From Gammaproteobacteria bacterium (GTDB lineage: Bacteria; Pseudomonadota; Gammaproteobacteria; Steroidobacterales; Steroidobacteraceae), in NCBI GenBank assembly GCA_009692245.1, contig SHZN01000001.1:1-48266 (forward strand): DNA of 48,266 nucleotides, read 5' to 3'. The position numbers were made by a program, and so were the translations under genes. Below the pieces are notes generated by a model that saw only the letters and a list, made by a program, of their open reading frames with translations, ran no database searches and was not told where the DNA came from. Each line of letters opens with the position of its first letter. Within the stretch, counting starts at the first letter, position 1. Positions 1 through 9,496 of the stretch are shown here, in pieces.

Positions 1-177
1 CACGCATCGCAGGACCATCTGGTGCCGCCGTCGGCGACGCTCCCCCTGCGCGGGCTGATCGGCAGCGATGACTACACGAGTTTCGAATTCGACGGTGGCC
101 ACATCGGCATCTATGTAAGCGCGAGGGCCCAGGAAATTCTGCCAGGGACAATCGCCGAATGGCTGGAAAAGCGCTGA
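1..177 (+). CDS. phaC: 3' end of a class III-type poly(3-hydroxyalkanoate) synthase (PhaC-like alpha/beta hydrolase); the 5' part lies outside the window
   Basis: Frame 1 is open from base 1 to TGA 175-177. The translation HASQDHLVPPSATLPLRGLIGSDDYTSFEFDGGHIGIYVSARAQEILPGTIAEWLEKR resembles the C-terminus of class III PhaC as I remember it (DHLVPP...GGHIGIYVS.KAQ...WL..R). Confidence 0.5.
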   Translation, partial: HASQDHLVPPSATLPLRGLIGSDDYTSFEFDGGHIGIYVSARAQEILPGTIAEWLEKR

Positions 178-214
178 CGCGCGGGCGCACCGGGCATCGG
201 TTAGCATCGAAACA

Positions 215-1282
215 ATGAATATTTCCCCCGCCAGACGGCCAGTGATGATTGTCATCGCGGTGCTGGTGATCGCGGCGGCAGTCTATGCCTACACCAGCCG
301 CCGGCCGGACGTTCCGGCCGCCAATGCGATTGGCGAAAGCGCACCTGAATCGGTCGCAGTCATCACGGCGCCGGTACAGCAGAAACCGATCGTAGTCAGG
401 ATCGAGGCACTGGGAACCGCCCATGCCAATGAGGCGGTCGATATCACGTCGAAAGCCGGCAACAAGGTCATCGCCGTGCGCTTCGACGAGGGCCAGTGGG
501 TGCGCCGCGGCGAGTTGCTCGTCGAACTGGACGGCGCGCAGGACCGGGCTGGCCTGGCTGCGGCCGAGGCCGCGCTGGCCGAAAGCAGGAGCGCTTACGA
601 GCGCAGCCGCGGCCTGTTCACGCAGCAAGCCGTGTCGCAATCGCAGCTCGAGCAGATCGAGGCGACGCTGAAAGGAAACTCGGCACGGGTTGCATCAGCG
701 CAAGCACGCGTCGCGGATACGGTGATCCGCGCGCCCTTTGATGGCCGTGTCGGCTTGCGGCGCGTCAGCGTCGGCGCCCTGGTGAGCCCGGGCGCGATCA
801 TCACCACACTCGACGATACGCGCACCATGAAGATCGACTTCGACGTGCCCGAGACGTTCCTCGCGATCCTGAAATCGGGCCTCGCCGTCACCGCAAAGAG
901 TATCGCCTATCCTGGGGAATCGTTCGACGGCGCGGTGGAATCGGTGGATTCCCGGGTCGATCCGGTCACGCGTTCGATCAGGGTGCGTGCCCGCCTGCCG
1001 AATCCACAGGGATTCCTGCGGCCGGGCATGTTCCTGACTGTCGTCGTCAGCCGCGAACCATTGCCGGGCCTGGTCGTGCCGGAACAGGCACTGGTGCCCG
1101 AGCGTGGCGAGGTCTATGTGTTCGTGGTTGCGGATGGGCGCGCGTTGCGCCGCATCGTAACGATCGGCCGGCGCAGCCCCGGCGAAGTCGAAATACTGAC
1201 GGGCATCGCAGCTGGCGAACGTATCGTGATCGAAGGCACGCAGAAGATCCGCGACGGCAGCGTCGTGCACGAACTCGAATGA
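215..1282 (+). CDS. RND efflux periplasmic adaptor subunit (membrane fusion protein, HlyD/AcrA family)
   Basis: 355-aa ORF with an N-terminal membrane anchor, an Ala/Gln-rich coiled-coil segment and an IRAPFDGRVG motif. Its stop overlaps the start of the downstream RND pump (ATGA at 1279-1282). Confidence 0.85.
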   Translation: MNISPARRPVMIVIAVLVIAAAVYAYTSRRPDVPAANAIGESAPESVAVITAPVQQKPIVVRIEALGTAHANEAVDITSKAGNKVIAVRFDEGQWVRRGELLVELDGAQDRAGLAAAEAALAESRSAYERSRGLFTQQAVSQSQLEQIEATLKGNSARVASAQARVADTVIRAPFDGRVGLRRVSVGALVSPGAIITTLDDTRTMKIDFDVPETFLAILKSGLAVTAKSIAYPGESFDGAVESVDSRVDPVTRSIRVRARLPNPQGFLRPGMFLTVVVSREPLPGLVVPEQALVPERGEVYVFVVADGRALRRIVTIGRRSPGEVEILTGIAAGERIVIEGTQKIRDGSVVHELE

Positions 1283-4200
1283 AGCTCTCGGAATTCTCGA
1301 TCAGGCGGCCGGTGTTCGCGACGGTCATCAGCATGCTGCTGGTGATCCTGGGACTCATTTCCCTGACCCGCCTCGCCATACGCGAGTACCCGGAAGCGGA
1401 CCCGGTATTCGTTTCGATCACGACCAGTTACCTGGGTGCGGGGGCCGCGATCGTCGAGAACAAGATCACGCAGGTGATCGAGGACCGCATCGCGGGCCTC
1501 GAGGGGATTGAAACGCTGCGTTCCAGTTCCCGCGACGGCCGCTCGGCGATCAATGTCGAGTTCAGTGCCGATCGCGATGTGGACTCGGCCGCGAACGACA
1601 TTCGCGATCGCGTCGGGCGTGTCGCCGACGACTTGCCGGAGGAGGCCGATCCGCCCGAAATCCAGAAAGCCGAGTCCATCGGCGAGGCGGTCATGTACCT
1701 CAACCTGTCCAGCGATCGCATGTCGGTGCTGGAACTGACGGACTATGCCGAGCGGGTGCTGGTCGACCAGTTGTCCGCGACGCCCGGTGTCGCGCGCGTC
1801 AATATCAATGGCGCGCGCCGGCAGGCGGTGCGGATCTGGATCGATCGCCAGGCGCTCGCCGCGCGGGCACTGACGGTCGCCGACATCGAAGGCTCGCTGC
1901 GGCGCGAAAACGTCGAGTTGCCGGCGGGTCGCCTCGAATCCAGCGAACGCGAATTTGCGTTGCGCACCGACACCGGGCTTTCACGGGTCGAGGACTTCCG
2001 CAAGCTGTCGATCGGGCGCGGTCCGGACGGTTACCTAGTACGGCTTGGTGACGTCGCAAGGGTCGAACTCGGCGCGGAGAACGAGCGCAGCGTGTCCCGC
2101 ACGATGGGCCTGCCAGGCGTCAGCCTCGGTATCGAGCAGAATTCCAAGGCGAACACGCTCGAAGTGGCGAAACAGATCTACGCGACGCTGGATCACATCC
2201 GGCCCGGGCTGCCTGCGGGCATGACGCTCTCCATCAATATCGACCGCGCGGACTCCATCAATGCTTCGCTGCGCGAAGTCCTGATCGCACTCGGCATTTC
2301 GATGTCGCTGGTCCTGCTCGTCATCTACCTGTTTCTCGGCAACCTGCGGGCGACGCTGGTGCCGGCCGTGACCATCCCGATTTCGATCATTTCGACATTC
2401 ATGTTCATGGATCTCATGGGCTACTCGATCAACGTACTGACGCTGCTTGGCCTGGTGCTCGCAATCGGCCTCGTCGTGGACGACGCGATCGTCGTGCTCG
2501 AGAATATCTACCGCCGCGTCGAGCAGGGACAGCCGCCGCTCCTGGCCGCGATCGACGGCAGCCGCGAAATCGGCTTTGCCGTGATCGCAACGACGCTGGT
2601 GCTGATCTCGGTATTCGTGCCGATCTCGTTCCTGCCCGGCACCATCGGCCAACTGTTCAGCGAATTCGGCTTCACGCTGGCCGCGGCCGTGATGTTCTCG
2701 GCGCTGGTGGCGCTGACCCTGACGCCGGTGATGTCGTCGCGCCTGTTCCGGAGCGGACAGCAGCGCGGCAGGTTCGCGCGCCGACTGGACCACTTCTTTC
2801 ACGCGCTCTCGCGGGCCTATGAGCACCGGCTGCGAATGCTGCTCGGCCGGCCGTGGCTGATCATCGGCGGCACCGTGGCGCTGGCGGGCGTTGCCGTGCT
2901 CGCCCTGAATACGCTGCCCCGTGAATTCGCTCCCGCGGGCGATCTTGGTTTTGTGCGCCTCGAACTGGATGCTCCCGAGGGCGCGAGCATCGAATACACC
3001 GAAAGGCAGTTGCTGAAGGCGGAGCAGATCCTGTTCAGCGAGCGGAAACGGTACGGCGACATCCGCCGCTTCATCCTGCGCATCGGCAGTGGCAGCGTCG
3101 GCGGCAGTACCGAGGTCAATGAGGTTCGTGGCTTCGTATTGCTTGAGGACTGGGACGAGCGCGAGCGCAGCGCCATGGACGTTGCGGCGTCGCTCACTAC
3201 GCAGTTCGAGGCATTGCCCGGCGTGCGCGCCCGCATCTATGCGATGCAGGGCCTGGGTTCGTTCGGTTTCGGCCGGCCGCTGCAGGTCGTCATCGGCGGT
3301 CCCGACTACCAGACGCTCAGCAGCTGGAGCGATCGTATCCTGGATCTCGCGCGGCAGAACCCGGGGCTCACGGGCGTGGACACGAACTTCCGGGAGCGCA
3401 AGCCGCAGATCGACGTGGCGGTGGATCGCGACCGCGCAGCGGAGTTGGGCATCTCGCTGGAGTCGGTCGGCCGCACGCTGGAGACGGTGCTCGGTTCGCG
3501 CGTGGTCACGACCTACGTGGACCGCGGCCGGGAATACAAGGTGATCCTGCAGGGCCGGGCACAGGATCGGGTCGTGCCTTCCGACCTGCAGAATCTCTAT
3601 GTCCGCTCGGATCGGAGCCACGAACTTGTGCCGTTGTCGAACCTGGTAGAGCTGACGGAAACTTCCGGAGCGATGCAACTCAACCGCTTCGACCGGATGC
3701 GTTCCATCACGATCGGCGCCGGTCTCGCACCGGGCTATACGCTGGGCGAGGCGGTGGCTTACTTTCAGGAGCTGATAAACGCGGAACTGCCGCCGGCGGC
3801 TCGTCTGTCCTTCGACGGTGAGGCGCGCGAGTACCTGCGCACCCAGGGCCATTTCGGGTCCACCTTCGCGTTTGCGATCGCGATCGTATTCCTGGTGCTT
3901 GCCGCACTGTTCGAGAGCTTCAAGCAACCGGCCGTGATCATGACGACCGTGCCACTCGCCCTGATTGGCGCCATCACGGGCCTCGCAATCTTCCGGCTGG
4001 CGGGCAGCCCGATGTCGCTCAACATCTTCAGCCAGATCGCGATGATCATGTTGGTCGGGATTGCTGCGAAAAACGGCGTGCTGATCGTCGAGTTCGCCAA
4101 CCAGCTGCGCGACCAGGGCCTCGAGCGGGTCGAGGCGGTCACCCGGGCCGCGACGATCCGGCTGCGCCCGGTCCTGATGACGAGTCTATGCACCGCATTC

Positions 4201-4434
4201 GGTTCGCTGCCGTTCCTGCTCGCGACCGGGGCCGGGTCCGAGCAGCGCGAGCCGATCGGCGTGGTGGTGTTTTTCGGTACGACGATTGCCGTCCTGCTCA
4301 CGCTCTTCGCCGTACCAGCAGTCTATGCGCTGGTGGCCGGGGAACATCGCTCGCCGCATTACCTGGCGGGGCTCATCGAGCGGCTGCGGGCTGCGGTGCC
4401 GCCGTCGGTGTCAAGCCGCGCAGACCCACCTTAA
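1279..4434 (+). CDS. RND efflux permease (AcrB/AcrD/AcrF family)
   Basis: 1051 aa, starting MKLSEFSIRRPVFATV. It has the VVDDAIVVLENI motif and the typical layout of two large periplasmic loops with 12 TM segments. It is coupled to the adaptor gene. Confidence 0.9.
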   Translation: MKLSEFSIRRPVFATVISMLLVILGLISLTRLAIREYPEADPVFVSITTSYLGAGAAIVENKITQVIEDRIAGLEGIETLRSSSRDGRSAINVEFSADRDVDSAANDIRDRVGRVADDLPEEADPPEIQKAESIGEAVMYLNLSSDRMSVLELTDYAERVLVDQLSATPGVARVNINGARRQAVRIWIDRQALAARALTVADIEGSLRRENVELPAGRLESSEREFALRTDTGLSRVEDFRKLSIGRGPDGYLVRLGDVARVELGAENERSVSRTMGLPGVSLGIEQNSKANTLEVAKQIYATLDHIRPGLPAGMTLSINIDRADSINASLREVLIALGISMSLVLLVIYLFLGNLRATLVPAVTIPISIISTFMFMDLMGYSINVLTLLGLVLAIGLVVDDAIVVLENIYRRVEQGQPPLLAAIDGSREIGFAVIATTLVLISVFVPISFLPGTIGQLFSEFGFTLAAAVMFSALVALTLTPVMSSRLFRSGQQRGRFARRLDHFFHALSRAYEHRLRMLLGRPWLIIGGTVALAGVAVLALNTLPREFAPAGDLGFVRLELDAPEGASIEYTERQLLKAEQILFSERKRYGDIRRFILRIGSGSVGGSTEVNEVRGFVLLEDWDERERSAMDVAASLTTQFEALPGVRARIYAMQGLGSFGFGRPLQVVIGGPDYQTLSSWSDRILDLARQNPGLTGVDTNFRERKPQIDVAVDRDRAAELGISLESVGRTLETVLGSRVVTTYVDRGREYKVILQGRAQDRVVPSDLQNLYVRSDRSHELVPLSNLVELTETSGAMQLNRFDRMRSITIGAGLAPGYTLGEAVAYFQELINAELPPAARLSFDGEAREYLRTQGHFGSTFAFAIAIVFLVLAALFESFKQPAVIMTTVPLALIGAITGLAIFRLAGSPMSLNIFSQIAMIMLVGIAAKNGVLIVEFANQLRDQGLERVEAVTRAATIRLRPVLMTSLCTAFGSLPFLLATGAGSEQREPIGVVVFFGTTIAVLLTLFAVPAVYALVAGEHRSPHYLAGLIERLRAAVPPSVSSRADPP

Positions 4435-4604
4435 CTAGTTGAAAAATAAGAACTTGATGGCTTCAGGGAGGGGTTTCGACGCCCCCGGCTGGTAGAATTC
4501 GATCCAGAACGACCGCCCCGCAGTTCCTGCGGGCGCATCTCGAGAGGCCAAGGCTGCCAGTCCGGCATTTCCCGGTGCTGGCTCGTGGGCGGAGGAGTCC
4601 GGGA

Positions 4605-6107
4605 ATGGCGACGGCAACGCCCTATCAGCAGCTCGAACAGGAGTTCCGGCGGCTGCACGCTTTTCGCGGCGTACTGGCGGTCTTGCGCTGGGATGCGGCC
4701 GTCACTATGCCGCGCGCAAGCGCCGACGTACGCGGCGACCAGCTCGCTGCATTGCAGATCGAGTGCCACACGCTTCTGGTGTCGCCGCGGGTCGCGCGCC
4801 TGCTCGATCGCGCGGACGCCAATGCGCGCACGCTGGCCGACTGGCAAAGCGCCAACCTGCGCGAGATGCGCCGGCTGCACGATCACGCGATCGCGACGCC
4901 ACCGACGCTGGTCGCACGCATAGCGCGCAGCGTGGCGCTTGCCGAGGCGCGCTGGCGGGAAGCGCGCGAGCAGAATGACTTCGGCGTGCTGGCGCCGCAC
5001 CTCGATGAAGTCGTCAAGCTGACGCGAAACAAGGCTGAGTTGCTGGCCCAGCGGTTCTCGCTCGATCCCTGGGACGCGCTTGCCGACGAATTCACGCCGG
5101 GACTTCTGTCGCGCGACATCGATGCGATTTTTACGCCGCTGATGCAGCGGCTGCCGACACTCGTGACCGAGGCCATGGAAGTCCAGGCCGCGCATCCCGT
5201 GATCAAGATCGAGGGCCGTTTCTCGGCCAGCCGCCAGCGTGGCCTTTGCACCGATGTGATGAAAGCCCTGGGTTTTCCATTCGACCGGGGCCGCTTCGAT
5301 GAAAGCGACCACCCATTCACGGAGGGCGTGCCGGGCGACATCCGGGTCGCAGCTAAATTCAACATTAGACATCCGTTCCAGGGTTTGCTCGGCGCTTTGC
5401 ATGAGACCGGCCAGGCCCTGCATGACCTCGGTCTGCCCGCGGAATGGGTAGACCAGCCGGTCGGCCAGGATCGCGGCATGGCGCTGGAAGAAAGCCAGTC
5501 GCTGCTGCTCGAGATGATCGTGGGTCGCAACAAGTCGTTCGTGTCCTGGCTGCGGCCATTGCTCGAAAAGCACTATGGCGCGGCGGGCCCGGAATGGTCC
5601 GAGGAAAATCTCTATCGCCACCTGAATCGCGTCGAACGCGGGCCGAACCGCATGGAAGCCGACGAGTTGACCTACCAGACCCACATCGGCTTGCGCTATG
5701 AACTTGAGCGCCGCCTGCTTGCCGGTGAACTGGCGGTGAAGGATCTGCGCGAGGCCTGGCTTGAACTTTCCGCCGACCGCCTCGGATTGGTGCCCGCATC
5801 GGACTTCGAGGGATGCCTGCAGGACATCCACTGGGCGCTGGGTTCCTTTGGGCATTTCCCGTCCTACGGCGTGGGCGCGGTGATCGCCGGCCAGCTCTGG
5901 GAAGCGATCAGGGAGCAGCATCCGGGCATCGAGGCCGAGATCGCTGCGGGCCAATTTGGCGGCTTGTTCGGCTGGTTGCGCGAGCGGGTGCATTCGCTGG
6001 GCGCCAAGATGGGCGTGCCACAACTCGTGGAACATGCGACAGGCCGGCCCCTGTCGGCGGCGCCATTTCTGCGTTATCTCGAGCGCAAGTACGTCTCGGA
6101 ATTCTAG
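4605..6107 (+). CDS. M32 (Taq-type) carboxypeptidase homologue with non-canonical HETGQ where HExxH is expected
   Basis: The M32 motif series appears in the correct order: DHPFTEG (HPF), GDIRVA (DxRxT-like), HETGQ at 5400-5414, EESQS (HES-like), RMEADELTY (IRxxAD) and GCLQDIHW (GxxQDxHW). I preferred ATG 4605 over the upstream alternative start at 4575. Confidence 0.75.
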   Translation: MATATPYQQLEQEFRRLHAFRGVLAVLRWDAAVTMPRASADVRGDQLAALQIECHTLLVSPRVARLLDRADANARTLADWQSANLREMRRLHDHAIATPPTLVARIARSVALAEARWREAREQNDFGVLAPHLDEVVKLTRNKAELLAQRFSLDPWDALADEFTPGLLSRDIDAIFTPLMQRLPTLVTEAMEVQAAHPVIKIEGRFSASRQRGLCTDVMKALGFPFDRGRFDESDHPFTEGVPGDIRVAAKFNIRHPFQGLLGALHETGQALHDLGLPAEWVDQPVGQDRGMALEESQSLLLEMIVGRNKSFVSWLRPLLEKHYGAAGPEWSEENLYRHLNRVERGPNRMEADELTYQTHIGLRYELERRLLAGELAVKDLREAWLELSADRLGLVPASDFEGCLQDIHWALGSFGHFPSYGVGAVIAGQLWEAIREQHPGIEAEIAAGQFGGLFGWLRERVHSLGAKMGVPQLVEHATGRPLSAAPFLRYLERKYVSEF

Positions 6108-6116
6108 AATGCTGTC

Positions 6117-6932
6117 GTGATTCCGCTGCCCAAGGAAACCTCGGCCAATTTCCGACGCCTCGCCGCGCGCCTGCGCGGCCTGGTCGGCAAGGCGATTGCG
6201 GATTTCAACATGATCGGCGAGGGCGATCGCGTCATGGTCTGCCTCTCCGGTGGCAAGGATTCCTACACGCTGCTCGACATGCTGCTATCGCTGCAGCGCG
6301 CGGCGCCGGTGAGCTTCGAACTCTGTGCGGTCAATCTGGACCAGAAACAACCCGGGTTCCCGGAGCGGGTGTTGCCCGAATACCTGGAAGGCCTCGGTGT
6401 TCCCTACCATGTGATCGAACAGGACACCTACAGTGTCGTGCGTCGCGTGATACCGGAGGGCCGCACGCAATGCGGGCTCTGCAGTCGGCTGCGCCGCGGT
6501 GCCCTGTACCGCTTTGCGCGCGAGAATGGCTACACGCGGATCGCACTGGGGCATCACCGAGATGACATCGTAGAAACCTTTTTCCTGAACCTGTTTCACG
6601 GCGGCAGGCTCAAGGCCATGCCACCAAAGCTCCTGTCCGATGACGGCACTAATGTGCTGATCCGGCCGCTGTGCTATGCGCCCGAGCGCGAAATCGCGCG
6701 CTATGCGCGTGCGCGCGGCTTCCCGATCATCCCTTGTACGTTGTGCGGCTCGCAGCCGAATCTGCAGCGAGTCGCCATGGGCAAGATGCTCGAGGTCTGG
6801 GATCGCGATCATCCCGGGCGCGTCGATGCGATCTTCACCGCGCTCTGCAATGTCGAGCCCTCGCATCTCGCCGATCCGCGCGTGTTCGATTTCGCAGCGC
6901 TCGAGCGCATGACTGCCGGGCCCGGCTCCTGA
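6117..6932 (+). CDS. ttcA: tRNA 2-thiocytidine(32) synthetase TtcA
   Basis: Near-colinear with E. coli TtcA as I remember it: [28 protein letters not shown] (PP-loop SGGKDS), [45 protein letters not shown] start. Confidence 0.9.
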   Translation: MIPLPKETSANFRRLAARLRGLVGKAIADFNMIGEGDRVMVCLSGGKDSYTLLDMLLSLQRAAPVSFELCAVNLDQKQPGFPERVLPEYLEGLGVPYHVIEQDTYSVVRRVIPEGRTQCGLCSRLRRGALYRFARENGYTRIALGHHRDDIVETFFLNLFHGGRLKAMPPKLLSDDGTNVLIRPLCYAPEREIARYARARGFPIIPCTLCGSQPNLQRVAMGKMLEVWDRDHPGRVDAIFTALCNVEPSHLADPRVFDFAALERMTAGPGS

Positions 6933-6933
6933 A

Positions 6934-8406
6934 GTGTCGTCACAGCCGCCGCCGCTGCCAAACAGTTACTGGGTCGTGCCGGAACGCCTGCTCGCGGGCG
7001 AGCACCCGTCGGGACCGACCGGGTTAGCAACGCTCGATCGGTTGCAGCGCCTGCTCGATGCGGGGATCGACTGCTTCATCGACCTGACCGAGACGGGCGA
7101 GTTAGACGCCTATGACAAGCTGCTGCCAGGGGCCCATGCCGCTGACGTGGTCGTCTACCTTCGCAGGCCCATCCGTGATCACGGCCTGCCCGAATCCACG
7201 GAGCAGATGGAAAGGATCCTGGACGAACTGGATTCGGCCATGGCCGAGGGCAGGCGCATCTACCTTCATTGCCACGCCGGCATTGGCCGCACCAATCTCG
7301 TGGCCGGTTGCTGGCTCGCAGGGGGCGGGCTGACGGGTGAAGAGGCCCTTGTACGTCTCAACGAACTGTGGCGTGAAAGCGCGCGCTCGCGAACCTGGCC
7401 CAGCGTTCCCGAAACGCATGCGCAATGCGACTACGTGCGCAACTGGAGATCGCGGACGGCTGCAGCCACGAGCGGCGATCCGCGCGATCGCATCCGCGGC
7501 CTGTTGCTGGGCCTCGCGATGGGCGACGCGATCGGGCAGTCCACGCTGGGCCTGCGGCCGGGTCCGGTCGCGCCGAATGGCGAGCTGGGCGGCGGCGGGC
7601 CATTCGCACTTCCCGCCGACGCCTGGACCGACAAGACCGCGATGGCCCTGTGCCTGGCGGAGAGCCTCGTCGCGCGCAACGGCATGGATGCCGCCGACCA
7701 GCTGCAGCGGTACCAGCACTGGCAAAGGGAAGGGCGCTGGACCAGCACTGGCCGCTGCGTCGGAATCAGTCCGTCAACGGCACGCGCGCTTGCAACGGCG
7801 CAATGGACCGGAAATCCATTCGCTGGATCCCATGACCCGGCGCGTGCGGATGCGGAACCGCTGGCCAGAATCGGCCCGGCAATCGCCTTTGGCCTCTCGA
7901 ATCCACGCGAAGCCGTCGAGTCGGCGGTCAATTGCGCGCGCATCACGCATCAGGCGCCCGTGACGCTGGATGCGGTGCGCTACTTCGGCGCAATGCTCGC
8001 CGGTGCGCTGGCGGGCGCCGGCAAGGAAGCACTGCTCGCACCGTACTTCGCTCCGACTCCGGGATTCTGGCATTCAGTGACATTGAAGCAGCCCGTCAAT
8101 GACGTTGCCCTGGGTTCGTGGAGGCGCAGCAAGCCGCGAGCCATCGTGACCGGAGCGAATGCGGCAGCAGGCGCACTCGAGGCCGCACTGTGGGCATTCG
8201 AGCAGGGCAATGGTCCGGGCGAATGCCTCGAAATAGCAGCGAGCTTCGGCGGTAACGCGGACATTACGGCAGCAATTGTCGGTGAGCTCGCCGGTGCGCA
8301 TTACGGCGCGACAGCACTGCCGAAGGGCTGGCGTGCGGCGATCAAGCGCGGCGACGAGATTGAGGCCATGGCGGATGCGCTCTTCGTGGCAGGCCAGCGC
8401 AGATGA
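6934..8406 (+). CDS. Fusion protein: N-terminal dual-specificity/Cys-based phosphatase domain plus C-terminal ADP-ribosylglycohydrolase (ARH/DraG family) domain
   Basis: The HCX5R(T) P-loop HCHAGIGRT lies at 7267-7293. The ARH N-terminal motif is RIRGLLLGLAMGDAIGQ and the C-terminal motif is GGNADITAAIVGELAGAHYG...LPKGW. The GTG start is 1 nt after the ttcA stop, and the stop overlaps the next gene's ATG. Confidence 0.7.
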   Translation: MSSQPPPLPNSYWVVPERLLAGEHPSGPTGLATLDRLQRLLDAGIDCFIDLTETGELDAYDKLLPGAHAADVVVYLRRPIRDHGLPESTEQMERILDELDSAMAEGRRIYLHCHAGIGRTNLVAGCWLAGGGLTGEEALVRLNELWRESARSRTWPSVPETHAQCDYVRNWRSRTAAATSGDPRDRIRGLLLGLAMGDAIGQSTLGLRPGPVAPNGELGGGGPFALPADAWTDKTAMALCLAESLVARNGMDAADQLQRYQHWQREGRWTSTGRCVGISPSTARALATAQWTGNPFAGSHDPARADAEPLARIGPAIAFGLSNPREAVESAVNCARITHQAPVTLDAVRYFGAMLAGALAGAGKEALLAPYFAPTPGFWHSVTLKQPVNDVALGSWRRSKPRAIVTGANAAAGALEAALWAFEQGNGPGECLEIAASFGGNADITAAIVGELAGAHYGATALPKGWRAAIKRGDEIEAMADALFVAGQRR

Positions 8407-9428
8407 AGAAATTGCGCATCCTCGTGCTGGTTCACGAGTCGCTGGTTCCACCCGAGACTCTCGAAGGATGCACCGAGCTGCAGGCCGACGAGTTCCGGAC
8501 CGAGTACGACGTCGTCATGCGGCTGCGCCAATGCGGGCATGAAGTGCGGCCGCTCGGCATCGGCGACAGCCTCGGCGAGCTGCGCACGACGATCCAGGAT
8601 TGGAAGCCGCAGGTCTGCTTCAACCTGCTGGAGGAATTCGGCGGTGTCGTGACTTATGACCAGCACGTGGTCGCCTACCTGGAATTGCTGCGCCAACCAT
8701 ACACAGGCTGCAATCCGCGCGGCTTGATGCTGTCGCGGAACAAGGTCCTGACCAAGCAGATCCTCAGCTACCACCGCATTCCGACGCCGCAATTTGCGGT
8801 GTTCAGGCGCGGCAGCGCGATCCGGATACCGGCGCGGCTGCACTATCCGCTGTTCGTCAAGTCGGCGACCGAGGATGCGTCACTCGGCATCTCGCAGGCG
8901 TCACTGGTGGAAGAGCCTGCACGCTTGCGCGAACGCATTGAATTCATCCACGAGCACACGAAATCCGATGCCCTGGTCGAGGAATTTATCGAGGGCCGCG
9001 AGCTCTATGTCGCGATGCTCGGCAATGAGCGCGTCCGCACGCTGGCACCCTGGGAATTCATGTTCGGGGAACTCAAGGACGGCAGGGCGGCGATCGCGAC
9101 CCGCAAGGCCAAGTGGGACCGGGCCTATCAGGAGCGGCACAGGATCACGAGCTGCAAGGCGCTGGACCTGCCGGCAGGGCTGGCCGACAGACTCGACCGG
9201 CAGGCACGGCGGATTTTCCGCGCGCTGCACATGTCAGGCTACGCGCGCGTGGATTTTCGCCTGCGCGCCGACGGAACAGCGTTCGCGCTCGAAGCCAACG
9301 CCAACCCGAATCTCGCGGCGGAGGAGGACTTCGCCGATGCCGCCCTCGACGAAGGCATGGATTACGCGGCGTTGCTCGAGCGAATCGTCACGCTCGGCTG
9401 TGCATACCGTGCGGAGTGGCGCGAGTGA
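8403..9428 (+). CDS. ATP-grasp enzyme of the D-alanine--D-alanine ligase-like family (substrate unknown)
   Basis: 341 aa, starting MKKLRILVLVHESLVPPE. It shows ATP-grasp fold hallmarks (YPLFVKSATEDASLGIS, EEFIEGRELYV, RVDFRL...FALEANANPNL). It overlaps the upstream gene with ATGA. Confidence 0.65.
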   Translation: MKKLRILVLVHESLVPPETLEGCTELQADEFRTEYDVVMRLRQCGHEVRPLGIGDSLGELRTTIQDWKPQVCFNLLEEFGGVVTYDQHVVAYLELLRQPYTGCNPRGLMLSRNKVLTKQILSYHRIPTPQFAVFRRGSAIRIPARLHYPLFVKSATEDASLGISQASLVEEPARLRERIEFIHEHTKSDALVEEFIEGRELYVAMLGNERVRTLAPWEFMFGELKDGRAAIATRKAKWDRAYQERHRITSCKALDLPAGLADRLDRQARRIFRALHMSGYARVDFRLRADGTAFALEANANPNLAAEEDFADAALDEGMDYAALLERIVTLGCAYRAEWRE

Positions 9429-9496
9429 CTTGGTGCCGGGTCGCAAGTTCGCAGTTTCCCGACAAACTGCGAACTTGCGACCCGGCACCAAGTCAC
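9425..9496. repeat. Perfect 33-bp inverted repeat (hairpin with a 6-nt loop) between convergent genes
   Basis: 9425-9457 is the exact reverse complement of 9464-9496, checked base by base. The left arm contains the TGA of the ATP-grasp gene. No U-tract follows on either strand. Confidence 0.95.

Noticed and set aside
2035-3927. 630-aa ORF on the minus strand inside the RND pump gene
   Set aside because: It is antisense to a confidently recognised AcrB-family gene. The translation is Arg/Ala/His/Gln-rich low-complexity sequence with no motifs, typical of stop-free antisense frames in high-GC DNA.
4431-6035. 534-aa minus-strand ORF opposite the M32 carboxypeptidase gene
   Set aside because: It is a high-GC antisense artefact. 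No family motifs are present, and the sense strand carries the full M32 motif series.
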